DNA from: Camelus dromedarius
Taxonomy: Eukaryota
Assembly: GCF_036321535.1 (NCBI RefSeq)
Contig: NC_087452.1
Span: 32,054,001-32,118,000, forward strand
Reading direction: 5' to 3'
Length of the DNA: 64,000 nucleotides
In this document: one piece after another, positions 42,960 to 58,745 of the stretch
Layout: each line of letters begins with the position of its first letter
Position numbering within the stretch: position 1 is the first letter of the stretch
Made by a program: the position numbers and the translations under genes
The notes under the pieces: generated by a model
What the model was told of the DNA's origin: nothing
The model's database searches: none
What the model saw: the letters and a program-made list of their open reading frames with translations, nothing else

Positions 42960-43784
42960 GGCCCAGGCCTGCTGATGGCGGTGGGGCAACCTGCCTGCCT
43001 TGGTCTCTCTCTCATTCTCTCTCCCTCCAGGGCTCCTGCTCATTATGCACACGCAACACGTGTGTCTGTCTGTCTTTTGTCTCTTAGGGTCTATCTGTCT
43101 TTTCCTCTTCCTCTTTCTCTTGCAGTGACAGACTGGAGCGGTGAAATCCAGAGAAAAAAATTAAGGAATCAAGGAACATAATCTGGTGGAGGGTAATCCA
43201 TTAGATGAGCTTCCCTTATAGACATTCCTGCTGGGCCTGCACTCCTTCCTCTGCTCTGACCAGCCTTCCCCCACCTCCCACCTCCTCTGCTCCTTTGGCT
43301 GCCCTGCTGAGCATTCACACCCCTTACCCCCACCTCTCAGGCCACGGATACATACATGCCCACCCACATGTTTCTGGAGGGACAGGCACACTCTCCCAGC
43401 AGCTATGCATTGCGCGCGCGCATACACGCAAACTGTGCCTCTCATACAACACTTGCACAGGCACATGCTGCCCTTCTCAACCATATAGCATGCCACATCT
43501 GGGAAGGTGGGGACCTCATGGGCCAGGCCTTGCAGGAGATCCTCTGCCAGGCTTAGGTGTGGCCAGCTCTGAACTTCATTTACCCACAGGCTGCAACTGG
43601 CCTTAGATAAGAAATGCCCCCAAAAGCAGAGGGCCACCCATTCCATCCTCAGGTCTCCCAGCTTTCCCCCCTCCTTCTGGGTGCTCCACAGAGCCTCAGG
43701 TTATTAGGCCTGGGTCTTCTCAATCGAGCTTGCTTCCTGCGCTGAGGTTTGGGGGCTGGGGAGACGGAGAGCGGAGGTCTGTGA

Positions 43785-43790
43785 AATAAA
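43785..43790 (+). terminator. Probable ABHD14B polyadenylation signal AATAAA
   Basis: First AATAAA I found after the stop; it lies immediately before the PCBP4 CpG island. Confidence 0.65.
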
Positions 43791-43799
43791 GTGATGCAA

Positions 43800-45200
43800 T
43801 TAGACCCCGCAGGCTCTCGCTGTCTCCGGAGCGCCGCCCCTCCCCCGCCCCCCTTGGGCCCGCCACGGTGGCCCCTCCCCCACCCTGGCGGGACCAGATG
43901 GTCCCCCTGCCCTTTGTCCACCGGGCCAGATGGAGGGGAAGGGAGATTGGATTCCCCTCCCCACCCACACACACCCAGGTGCCAAGAGACTCAGCTGTAG
44001 GGGGAGGTGGAGGTCAGTGGGACCAGACTGAGCCGATTACGGATGAGAGGGGGGAGGTAGATTTGCGCCCGCGGCGGCGGGAGGTGCGGTGCGGGAAGGG
44101 GAGAGCTTGGGAACCGCCCAGCTCCTCCCCCTACTCTTACGCCTTCCCTAGTCGAGTACTCAACTGTGCGGCGTCCCTGGCGACCCTAGCCCGAAAAGGA
44201 ATTGTGGGGGTAGCTTTGGGGGAATCACGGGACGGGTGCACAGGGTCACACCGCTCTCAGGCACCTCCTCCAGCTGGTCTGGTAACCTGTACTGGACGGA
44301 CAAGGGCCGGGCCTCGCGGAAGCTGTGGGTGGCTGAGGAGTGTGGGGCTTGGTGGGCGAGAGCCCCGCGCGGGGATGGATGGCGCAAAAGCCAGGAGCTC
44401 CGGGAACCCGGCCCGGCCGAGGGTCGAAACCCGAGCTCCGAGGGAGCCGAGCCGGAGCAGGGCAGCGCGGGGGCTGGCAGCAGGGCCGAGGCCGAGATGG
44501 GGGTGCAGGGGGCTCGGCAGAGGCGCCGGGCTGGCGGCGCGGGCGGGAAGGACCGGCCAGCGGAGAGCGGAGGGACTGGGAGTGGGGCGCAGCGCGGGCG
44601 GTGCGGGAAGGACCGCGGCCGGGACCGCGTTTTAGGCCGGTTCCCCGCCTCGCTCCCGACTCCTGGGGGTTGGAGGAGCCGCCAGGGAAGGGTCGCCCCA
44701 GCCCTCCCGGAAGCGGCCGCCGCTCCGGGCGCACCGCGGTGCGCGGGGCGGGGCGGGCGGCTGCGGCACTTGGGCGGCTGGGGCGGGCNNNNNNNNNNNN
44801 NNNNNNNNNNNNNNNNNNNNNNNNNNNNNNNNNNNNNNNNNNNNNNNNNNNNNNNNNNNNNNNNNNNNNNNNNNNNNNNNNNNNNNNNNNNNNNNNNNNN
44901 NNNNNNNNNNNNNNNNNNNNNNNNNNNNNNNNNNNNNNNNNNNNNNNNNNNNNNNNNNNNNNNNNNNNNNNNNNNNNNNNNNNNNNNNNNNNNNNNNNNN
45001 NNNNNNNNNNNNNNNNNNNNNNNNNNNNNNNNNNNNNNNNNNNNNNNNNNNNNNNNNNNNNNNNNNNNNNNNNNNNNTTTGGGGGTTCGGCCAGGGGCGG
45101 GGAGCCCGCGCTCGAGTCCACAGGCTGGGGTCCCGGGTTTGAGAGACTGGGAGACTGCGAGGAACATGTTCCCTGTCTGTCCCACACGGGCCCAGGCCTG
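43800..45200 (+). promoter_or_regulatory. PCBP4: PCBP4 CpG island / promoter (partly N)
   Basis: Very high GC and CpG content with multiple GGGCGG boxes, about 6 kb upstream of the first PCBP4 coding exon. A 289-nt N-run covers the likely first exon. Confidence 0.7.
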
Positions 45201-48200
45201 CACAGGTGGGGGGAGCTGGTCTGCCAGAGGAGCCCCCAACACCAGGGAGGGGCTTCTTGGACCTGAGATCCCAGATTTGAGGCCCTCATCCCACCTGCTG
45301 TTTCTGTCCTTTGGACCTGCTCCTCTCTTGTCCTCCTGCTTTGGGTTCTGGTTCTGCTCCATCTCTGTCCCCATATGCCATTTCCCTGCAGTTCCTGGCT
45401 CAGCACACACCCCTTCCCATTCTCTGCAATCCTTAGGGGAGCCAGACAGACCTCCAGGCCAGGGGTGTGTGGAGATGACAGTTGGGGGCTCCGAGTGGCC
45501 CCTCGTGCCCTGGGGCTCTTCAGCTCCTGGGCTCAGACCTAGCTTCTTAGCTGAAGTCCTGGGAGGTGCGGGGGCTCTGGCTACTCACTTCAGCACGGCC
45601 CTGGAGCCTCCCTGGCCAGGAGATGGAGGTACCCGCCTCCTCACTCTCCTATCCCAGGCCCGCCATCTTGAGACCTGTGGCACCCTGTGCCCTGCCCGGC
45701 TCCAGCACCCTGGGGAGTGGTCTTCAAGGGGATGCACCCAAGGCCAGGTGCATTCCCTTCTCCCAGAATGTAGGCTCTTGGCCCCCTCAAGCCCAGGGTG
45801 ATCACCTTCTTGCTGGACCAACAGAGCTTGTGTCCCGGGGGCCCTTCTTCCCCTACAAAGAGCATTTAGAACCCAGGGACTCCCCAGGACCTTAAATCTC
45901 GGCTCCCACCTTCACTTTTTACTGAGGTTATCCTCATTGCTTCAGAGCCAGCAACTGAGACCCTATCTTTACCATCTGAAGATCCCCCAGCCCCTCCAGG
46001 CCCTAGGAGCCCCTNNNNNNNNNNNNNNNNNNNNNNNNNNNNNNNNNNNNNNNNNNNNNNNNNNNNNNNNNNNNNNNNNNNNNNNNNNNNNNNNNNNNNN
46101 NNNNNNNNNNNNNNNNNNNNNNNNNNNNNNNNNNNNNNNNNNNNNNNNNNNNNNGGCAGGCCCAGGCCATAGGGAGGCTGGTTTTGCCCCACCCTGTGTC
46201 CCCAGACAGGCTCTGTCCACCCTCCCTACTCCCATCACTGCTCCCCTGCAGCCTCCATCACCATTGCTTAGTGGCACTGATCTCTTGAGGGAAGAGCTCT
46301 GAGCTGCACAGGTGGACCCCTGGGTTCTCCCAGCTCAGCCAGTTGCCTCTCATGTAGCCTTACAAACAAGCCCCTTCCTCTCTGGACCTCAGGTTCCTCT
46401 CTGGTGGGGCCCTTACAGCTGTGACAGGCCGAGCCTGACTTTGTGAAACCCACACCACTCCACAGCTCTTCTTCCAGCTCCCCTTCCCCATGGGGAAACC
46501 CACTCTGGGCCCCCAGAAGTCTCAAAGCACAGCACAAATCCCCCACTCCAGTAATATGTACAGGGAGCCCCTAAACCCAGAGAAACAGCAGGAGCAGGGG
46601 CTGGAGGTGCTGAGGAATGGGAACTGGGAATACTGTCCAGGCAGATCCTCACTCTCCCATGTGACTGGTCCTCTTCTCACTCTACCCTCACTGCTCCTCT
46701 GGGACCCTTAGCCCCATCTCTCATCCCTAATTCCTCTGGGCCCTGCAAGCCCTTTCTTCTTCCCGCACACTAAACCTGGTCCTAGCTTCTACCCTCCTGA
46801 AGGACCTCCTGCTCTCCTGGAACTCTCTGTGTAGAGGAAAGACAAGCTTGGAAATGCTCAGTTGAGGCTCCTTTGAGTTGCAGGCATCTTTGGGGGAGCA
46901 GATAGGCCTGAGTGATTACATCTGACTTGGAAAGTTGGGGAGGGCTTCACAGAGGAGGTGGCATTTCAGAAGGATTTGGACAGACAGTGGGGAGGATGGG
47001 CATTTCAAGCTGGGATCAGCCTGGGCAGAGGCCCAGAGGCCTGGAGGTGCTAGGCATGTTTTGCAGTCTGTTGTGTGTGGGGGATGGGGTGGAAATGAGA
47101 CAAGAGAAATTGGCAGGGGTCAAATCATGAAGGGCCTTGAGTGCCTGTCATTGGAGGCACTGGGGAGCAAAGGATGAGCAGCAGAGTGGCCCAGTCTCCA
47201 GCCTGCAGAATGGAAGCTAGAGACATTTCTCAATTTGGGTGAGACAGTGACAGGATGGGTACCAGTGGGTGGGGCTGTACTATGAAGTTGAGCCCTTTCT
47301 CCTGGAATCCAGTCTGGGCCTGAGCCTGCCTTACTTTCCCTTGGCTGTGAGGACTCTTGGGGGGTTGTCTAATGATGCTCAAAGGAGGCTGTAGCCCTTC
47401 TGGCACCAGCCAGCCTGTCAGAGTGTCCCTCCTCTGCCTCGCATTGAGTCTACAGGACAGTTCTAGGTCAAGAAAACAGAGGCTGGAGCTCATGGACCTC
47501 AGGCTGCCCGCCTTCAGGGCCCTCGTCCCCTCACTCTCCTAAGAAATGGTTATGAATGGCTATCCTGGTAGGTTGTAAGGCTTAGAGCCTGGGTGCATGG
47601 GTCTGAGGATGCTGGGGCAGTCCTTATGGAGGCCTGGCTAATCAGGAAGGGTGAGCATGCCCAGAGAAGGAGATGGGCAGGGGAGTCAGGATCCCTCAGT
47701 GCCAATCCCCTCCAGGCCCAGAGTCCACCCTGCCTGACCCACCACCACGCCCTGCTTTGCCTGATGCCCCGAGCCATTCCCCAGCATCACTGGGTGTGGC
47801 CAGCATGGCTGCTTTTGGAGTGGGAGTAGAAGGAAGCTGTTAGGTTGGAGGCTGGAGGTGCTGAGGGGGATGTTGGGGGATGTGAGGTGGGGGATGAACT
47901 TGGAGACTGGACTTTCCTCTCTTCTCAGCCCAGGTGGGTCTCTAATCCCTAGCTGGTCCAGACACTCTGGCTAGCAGAGCCGAGGGAATCCCCCAAGGGG
48001 CGGGCCGGTCCACTTGAGTCGCCTGGCCCCAGGAGCCCTCCCCTCCCCCGGATTGTTCTTGCTCCAGAACAAAGCCAGGGTGGACACTTGATCCCTGCAT
48101 GCGGGGGGGGGGGGGAGCTGGCTAAGCCCCCGGCCCTTTGATTGGGCAGCTGTCATGAGAGAGAGACAGCTGGGGGGGAGGGGCAGGAAGGGGCAGTCGC

Positions 48201-50464
48201 CATCGCTTACACAGCTGTCACACACACCCCCCCCGCCCCCTCCAGCTTGAGTGGCAGGAAGCCAGGGACAGAAGGAGTGGGCACTGCATCTGGGGAGGGG
48301 GTCTGGGGAGCAGGAGGGAAAGCCTGAGGTCAGAGGCCTGCTCTGAGCTTAGTATGTTCTGCCAGGGAGCCCTGCTGAGCAGAGGGGGCTGGGCACCCCC
48401 AAAGGTGAGCTGGAGGTCAGTATGGCTTGACGCGTGGCTGCCATGTGGGTGACCCAGCAGGGACCCAGGGCCCACTAGGCTGGAGCAGCAAATAACTCCT
48501 TAGAGACCCAGTGAGGGTAGAAGGGGCGCCAGTACGCCTAGTAGGGCTGCTTGTTCTTAGGGCTCTTAGGGAAATAATTAGGGAAACCTGTGTCACAACC
48601 CCTGGTTCTCCCCTAAAGACAGGAAGAACCTTGGATGTCCCTCAGAACAGAAATGACACAGAGAGACCAGCCACTGCCCCCTGCCCCCAGCCCATGTACA
48701 TATATAGCACAGGTTGGTAAACTGAGGTCCAGGTCTGGTCCAGGCCTAACCAAGGCCACCCTCTGAATTTGGGGAAATGGGGCTCTGCCGTGGTCCCAGG
48801 TACCTTTTTTAGGGCAGGAGCCCTAGTTCTGCCATGTCACAGCCCTTCTGCCCTATTTTCCCAGGAGCCTTTGCCCACAGAGGGTACGTAGAAATGGTAC
48901 GGGGTCAGTGTCAGGTCTCCCACAGGAGACTGCCCCAAAGGGGTCCCTAAGCCCCAGAAAATTCTGGAGCTTAAGACTGTGGCTCTGGATGAGCTGTCAG
49001 TCCTTTCCAAACACAGCCCACGTCTACTAGCCAGGCAGAGGTCTCAGGGATTACTGATGCCTGCTCCCACCTTTGAAGAGCACCCCCACACCTAGGAAGA
49101 GGACTGACAGACCCAGACGGGACAGCCAGAAACGGGAGGCAGACAGGGCCTGTGACAGAGCCTCGCACTAGCAGGAAGGACCCTGCTAGTCCCACCACGC
49201 CCCACCTCTCTGTGACCTTGGGCAGGTTACAGACCCTCTCCAGGCATCAGGCTCAATTTCCCTTTGGAGAATTGGTCTGTTCAGATAACCAGTGTGTTCT
49301 GAGCACCTTCTCAGGCCTGGCTCTGGCCTGACCTCTGGGAACACAAGGAGAAGGCGGCAGGCAGCCTTCGCTCCTGCTCTAAGGGACTCCCGGGCTGGTT
49401 AGGACAACAGAAACCAAACGCGTCATCATGAGTGTTTCTCTGGGAGAAGTGCAGGCAGCTGGGGGATTGTTACAAGGGCAGCTAGCATGAGGTTGGCCAG
49501 GATGCTCACAGAGCACCATCCCTGCATCCAGTGTTGACCTCTGACCTCTGGAGAGCCTATGGGCAGAACTTGAGACAGAGGAGCAAGTGCTGGGGAGGCG
49601 ACAGTTACTGGGTGCCTGGGGAGACAGGATTGTCACCCCCATGGTACAGATGAAGAAACAGGCCTCAGGCCATACAGTGGCTTGCTCAGACTTCCTGAGA
49701 AAGCCAGGCTGGGAGCCCCAGCCCTCCTCCTCCACACGCAAGCTCTGGCTAGCAAGGGAGGTTCTGAAGAGGGCATTGGACAGAGCTCCATACCGTTGAC
49801 CATCATGTCAGGATAGGGCAGGGAGGTGCCCAGAGGACTCCGGAGTGCTCGAGCCCAGTACACTCATTACGGCTGATGCCCTCCCGGATGGTAGGAGTTT
49901 GCAGGGTGGGGGCTTGGTGTTGGCTCAGACTTGGTCCCAGTTGGTTCCCTCCCTGTTTTCCTACTCGGGGTCTGGTCCTCCAGTGAGCTCCCCATTAAGG
50001 CTGAGCCTTGGCGGGAGACAGCCACTGGAGGAGAGGGATTTCCAAGCAGGATTAAGGTTCAGGATTAAGTTGGGGCATGAAAAGGGGTCGGATGGGGAGG
50101 GCTGGTGGCTGGGCTAATCCCAGCAGCTAATCTCCAGCTCCTTCCTCCATCAGTTAACGGCCTTGACATTACCCAGCCCTGCAGTCCCTTTCTTACCCAT
50201 TACCCAGTCCCAGGGGGAAGTAGTCCCTCCATTTTACGGGTGAGGACATTGGGACTCAGAGCCCAAGTGACTTGTTTCTTGTAAAGTAGGAAGTGCTCCA
50301 GGCTGAGAATGTGGCGAGCCTGGACACTTCTTACCTCCTCAGCACATAGGAGGTGTGCTTGGAAAGCCACTGTACAGACTGCTGGTCCTCTGACACCCAA
50401 CCGCCATCCCCTAGTCCTGAATGAACCTTGCCCACAGCTGATTTGCAGGAGCCTCTGCTTTAGT

Positions 50465-50507
50465 GACCTCTAGTGGGCAGACCTCTAGTGGGCAGACCTC
50501 TAGTGGG
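50465..50507. repeat. Tandem repeat of 15-bp unit gacctctagtgggca (about 2.9 copies)
   Basis: gacctctagtgggca gacctctagtgggca gacctctagtggg read directly. Confidence 0.92.
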
Positions 50508-51070
50508 ACTTCCTGGAGCCTCACCACCTTCACTTCCACCCTCCTTTCAAGACCGCCATGGCTCCCATGGCTGCTCCAGCTTCCTCTCCAGCTACTCTTC
50601 ATGCTCTAGCCAGTGGGGCTCTGGCCCCTAGACACAAGTGCCTCTTGTTTAAAGTAACCTTTCAACCTTAACCCAACCTTCAAGGCCCCATTCACAGGGG
50701 TCCCCTCTTCCAGGAGGTCAGGGAGGAGGCACCCCTTCTCTGGACTCTCATACCCTCCTAGTTAATTCTTTCTTCTAATGTACAAAGGGAAGGGAAGGAT
50801 ACTCATGGAGACTGGGTGCCTGCCACGTGTGCTTATCTCATGTTAATTCCCCTAACACTGCGGGTAGGGCTGGGTATCCCCTTCTTACATGTGGGGCAGC
50901 TGAGGCTGGCCAGGTTGACACAGCTAGTGAGTTGCACATAGCACACAGGTCAATGTGACATTGAAACTTGGGGTCCACACTGTCTCCCTGCTCTGGGAGT
51001 TTGGCTAGCCTGGCTCTGGGATCCCCAGGTAAGGGCAGGGGACCCAAAAGAGAGCTGGGCTTCTCTCTAA

Positions 51071-54353
<3,283 letters not shown>

Positions 54354-54933
54354 GGCCAGCTGAGGCACAGGCGCGGGGGCAGGCTGGACCGCCGGCAGGG
54401 GGCTGCCTCCTCACCTTACCTGCCCAAGGAGACTCCAGTCCCAGGGTCCCAAACGCCGCTAATGCCCAGACGCATGGATGCACCCTCTGTCCTGCCCCGG
54501 TCTGTGGGTGTTCCTGCTCTCAAAGTGGGAACAGTTTCCAGCCCAGGGTTTTGGGAGCTGCGGCAGCCCCAGTGTAGGGGGCTCCACCTCCTCTAGCTCT
54601 GTGCTTGGATGCAGGGAGCATCCTTAGTGCCCCCACTTTGGGGGGGGTCACTCATGCACTCCCCATCCCTTAGGGTCTTCCCACCTACTGCCCCCACTGT
54701 GGGGATCAGGGAGGAGACCTGGGGGGTGGCTGTGGGCCATGCTTCTCTCCCCACCTCCCTGCAGATTCCTGCTGCTTCCACTGATACCCTTTTGACTGGA
54801 ATGGACTGACTGGGCTTGGCAGAGGGCAACCCAAAAAGGGGGCACTGCCGGGCAGCTGGGGGAGTGGCATGGGGGCAGGGGCCGAGTTCTCAGCAGCAGA
54901 CACTCTGTACAGTTTTTTCAATCCCTGTTTTTG

Positions 54934-54939
54934 AATAAA
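54934..54939 (+). terminator. PCBP4 polyadenylation signal AATAAA
   Basis: AATAAA about 580 nt after the stop, preceded by TGTA and U-rich tracts. Confidence 0.8.
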
Positions 54940-55694
54940 TGTTCTCAGAGACCAGGAAGCTGTGAAACACTGTGGGTGTTGGCAAAACCTCCAGAAAAAG
55001 GGTGTAGCTAAGGGAGGCCCCAGAGGATCCCCACCTGTGACTCCAACAGCCGCGGTTGGGCTTCAGCCCCTTCCACATGCCAGTTCTAGAGCTTCAGGGC
55101 TCCTTGGGGGTCATGTTGTCCAGCCTCCTGCTGCTGGCACCAAGTAGATACGGTTGTTTTCCGAGCATTTTAGAAGCTGATGGAGGAGCTCCGGTAGTTT
55201 TGTCCAATCTCTCCTGGGTGCAGATGTCAGGAGGGTGGGGGTTCTTTCTGGGTGTCTCCCCACTGGTTCCTCTTGCTGTGGCTGTAACCCAGACCCTGTT
55301 CTGCTTGGCCCATCCCTTTGGCTGTGAGCCCTTAGGGCCCTCTTCACTGTGATCCTGCCCACCTCTGCTCCTTCCTTGGCCCGGGGACCATCCATGAGTG
55401 TCCAAATCACCCAAGCTGGAGGAGCCCTTAGAGATGGTCCAAGACACAGATGGGAAAACAGACCTAGGGAAGGGTAAGTCTGTGCTCAAGGTCATGAAGA
55501 GATGGGTCCAGAACCCAGGATTCCGAGCTCCTAGAAGCCTCTGGGCCTTACTAGGCTGCAGGCCTCCTTTCTCCCATTCCAGAGCCAGAAGTCCAGGCAG
55601 GGCATTTGCCACACGCTGTGCAGGAGGCTGGATGGGCCCCTTCTGATACCACCCTGCTTTCTCCGGTCCCTGCTCAGCTTAACAGACAGATCTC

Positions 55695-56786
55695 TCAGGT
55701 GGCCTCTGGCATGCTCAGGCTCTCTCCTCCTGCCAAAACCTGGGTTTGTTCTGGTGCCTCAGAAGAGCCTAGAACAGGGCCCTCTGGAGGTCCCTGGAGG
55801 TGCTGCAGGAGTGCGCGAAGGTGCCAGGCCCGCGAAGTGCAGGCCCGCGGAGGCCGGGGCAGCGCTCGGCGGGCGAGGCGGCCCAGCGTTCGGCGCACGG
55901 GGCGCTGCAGCAGGCCATACAGGAAGGGGTGAGCGGCGAAGGCCGAGTAGGCTACCCAGGTGACGGCCGCCTCGGCCGCTGCGGCCTGCGCAGCGGGCGC
56001 CAGGCACGCACAGCCGTAAGGCAACCAGCAGGCTGCGAACTGGCCCACAGCCAGTGCTGGGGCCAGGGCTGCTTTGACCCCGCGCAGGCGAGGTCGGAGG
56101 GGCGGCAAGATGGAGAGGCGGCTATCCAGAGAGTCGGAGCGCGGCCGGGACCCGCGCGCGGGCCGTGGGGGCCTCAGGGCAGCGCGGCGCGCCACGAGAA
56201 AGATGCTGCCGTAGGCGCCGAGCAGCAGGAGGGCGGGCAGCGCGAAGGCCAGTAGCGCCCAGAGCGGCCGGAAGGGCCCGAGGCCCCCGGCCAGGACCGA
56301 GCAGCGAGCCGGGGCCGGGGGCGGTGCGGGCGGCGGCCCAAGCAGGGAGAGCGCGCCCAGAAGCGCCGCCGCGGCCCACACGGCGGTGAGTACGAGGGTG
56401 GGCGGAGGCCGCGCGCCGGGCCGTAGTGGGTGCACTATGAGGCGGTAGCGCGCCAGGCCGAGCGCGGCCACACCGAGCGTGCAGGCGGGCAGCAGCGCCG
56501 CCGAGAGGAAGCGCGCGGCGCGGCAGGGCGCGGGGCCCAGGCGCACGCGGCCCAGCCCCGGCGGTGGTGCTGCCAGCAGGCCCAGCGGCATGATGGAGGC
56601 GGCCGCCAGCAGGTCCACGATACACAGGTGCACCAGGTAGAGCGCGTCGCGCAGTCCCGGCGTGCGCAGCACCACGACCAAAAGTGCGCTGTTGCCCAGA
56701 AGTGCTGCCGCCTCCACGACAGCCGCCAGGATCAACCCTATTGAGGCTGCGACTTCTGGGGCGTTCAGCTCTGTGGTGTTGGCCAT
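55695..56786 (-). CDS. GPR62: Orphan class A G protein-coupled receptor 62, single coding exon, 363 aa
   Basis: Uninterrupted ORF MANTTELNAPEV...; hydrophobic helical segments, GN in TM1, ARY in place of DRY, CWLP in TM6 and HPFLY in place of NPxxY, as known for GPR62. The CDS overlaps an intragenic CpG island. Confidence 0.97.
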   Translation of the reverse strand: MANTTELNAPEVAASIGLILAAVVEAAALLGNSALLVVVLRTPGLRDALYLVHLCIVDLLAAASIMPLGLLAAPPPGLGRVRLGPAPCRAARFLSAALLPACTLGVAALGLARYRLIVHPLRPGARPPPTLVLTAVWAAAALLGALSLLGPPPAPPPAPARCSVLAGGLGPFRPLWALLAFALPALLLLGAYGSIFLVARRAALRPPRPARGSRPRSDSLDSRLSILPPLRPRLRGVKAALAPALAVGQFAACWLPYGCACLAPAAQAAAAEAAVTWVAYSAFAAHPFLYGLLQRPVRRTLGRLARRALPRPPRACTSRAWHLRALLQHLQGPPEGPVLGSSEAPEQTQVLAGGESLSMPEAT

Positions 56787-58319
56787 TCGAGGGCTCAGGC
56801 TTCACCCTGTGCTGGGATGCAGAGAGCTAAATGGAGCTTCCCTCTTCCCCGCCATTCCCTTCACCTGTCCCTTGCTCCTCTGGCCTCTCACCTCACAGGC
56901 TGCCCAGGCGCTGGCTCGGTCGCCCAGACTGCCATCCTCTTGGGGACTTGGCCGTCCCCATGGAAGGGTGCAGGGCTGGGACTGCGGCTCTCTTCTCCGC
57001 CCCAGCAACTCAGCCCCTGCTGGAGATGGTACTGGCTGTCACTCTGATGTTGCCCTTTGGAGATACACAGAGCTGACAAGGGAGGGGCAGGGCCTGGCAC
57101 CAGCCCCCTGGGTCCTAGCAGCTGCCAGCTGGAGGCTGTGCTGTGGAAGTGCTGGGGGTGCCTCTGAAGGGGGGCCCAGGGCAGGCACAGGCTGGAGTCT
57201 AGACTGAGGATGTTAGCATGTGGGCTTTGGAGTTGGCCAGACCCTCTTCTGTCTTTCCCAGGGATGGGAAGTGCCCCGCTCCCCCCATCTGCTCTCTTCT
57301 GCCATCCCCGACAGTGGGAGTAATCAGATGGTTCGGCCTTTGTACTGAAGGGAAGCTGAGGTACCAGTGACACAAGAGCTGGAGCAGGGAGACCTCTAGG
57401 TACCCTCTGGTCCGCAGGAGGGCTGGTTCTCTCAGAAAGAGGAGGCAAGGTAAAGTGAGGGGAAAAAATCACAGGGCTTGGCACATAGTAGCTGCTCAGG
57501 TGGTATTTGCTTGGCACAGAATAGATGCTTCATGACAGTGTGTGGAATTAATGAGAGGAGACCTTAGGAGGCAACTGCTGGTTTTTTTTGTTTGTTTTGT
57601 TTTGTTTTTGCTGTTAGCAAACAAGTCCCCTTCTGCTAAGAACACCCTGAGTTTTCTTTAGGAAGCCACCCCTCCCCAACTCTCAGGACATATGGTTTGG
57701 TGAGCAAGATCCCCACCTTCCAGATTCCTGATTAGACACAAAACCCAGTCCTGACCAGTCAGTGTATGGTACTCCCCAACCCACAGTATTGGCTCAGGGA
57801 AAGCCATGTGACTCCAGTGGGACATATGCCACCCAGGTGTAGTCACCCAGTCCCATGGCAGAACCCCATCTATACCCTGATGGCTTGCATTGGTGTCCGA
57901 AGCTCCTTCCTCTCCCCTGAACCCCAGACTTGGGTATCCAGTTGTCTCTTCAACATCTCCCCCAGTGCTTTGACCACTGGGCATCTCAAACATCCTGTGT
58001 CCAAAATAGAACCATGACTCTTGACCCCTCCCGTCTGCTCCTTCCAGTCTTCCCTATCTTAGTAAATGCCATCTCAGAATTTTCCACTGATGCCTCCCCC
58101 CCGCCCCCCACGCCTCACATCTAATCCATCAGCCTGTCTGAATCCAACCATTTCTCACCACTGCTACCATGTTCCCAAACTCCATTACCCCTCATTGGGA
58201 CCATTTCAGCATCCTGCTAACTGGTCTCCTGGCCTCTGCTCCTGCACTTTGTGCTGGTTATTGGCCTGTTTGCCCTCAGACCCATTCTCCGGTCTTCCCT
58301 GAGCCTGCTCTGCCTTCCA

Positions 58320-58745
58320 GGAAACTGTGTCCCCAGGCTCCTCTGCCAGTTGGTTTAGGGGTAGATTCAGCCACTGGAAGTTACCAGCAGAAGGCTGGAG
58401 TGTGGCAGGAGCGAAGAAGCTAGGGTATTTTCCCTCTCATGCTCAGCCTGGGATTCTGGAACTCCCTCTGTGGAAGACAGCCTCTCTCTCCATCGCTCTG
58501 GCTCCCTTCAGGCAGCCCCCTCTGTGGGTCTGGTGCCTGCAGGGTGACTCTGGTCTCTGGGTATTAGAATACTATTTCCTTCCCTTAGCCTTCCAGCCTA
58601 GGGGAGGTAGCAACTTCCTGCTGTTGCTGATCCTGGGATCACCTCACTATTCCCTTTGGTAGTTCAATTCCTTCCCTGTATCAAGTTCCCCTTGTTTGGA
58701 ATACCTAGAGTGGTTTCTGTTTTGCTGATTGGCTCTTGACTGACA
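58320..58745 (-). mobile_element. Probable MaLR/ERVL-type LTR fragment
   Basis: Reverse complement starts 'tgtcagtcaagagccaatcagcaaaacagaaaccactctaggtatt', which resembles MLT1-family termini. Flanked by L2-like pieces. Confidence 0.45.

Noticed and set aside
45588-45608. REST/RE1-like site (ttcagcac...) in the PCBP4 5' region
   Set aside because: Only the left half matches; the GGACAG half is absent.
44160-45801. Long ORFs of 308-521 aa over the PCBP4 promoter
   Set aside because: They stay open only because of stop-poor GC-rich sequence and a 289-nt N-run; no recognisable protein.
55754-56805. Antisense and alternate-frame ORFs over GPR62
   Set aside because: Shadow ORFs expected from extreme GC content; no independent coding signal.
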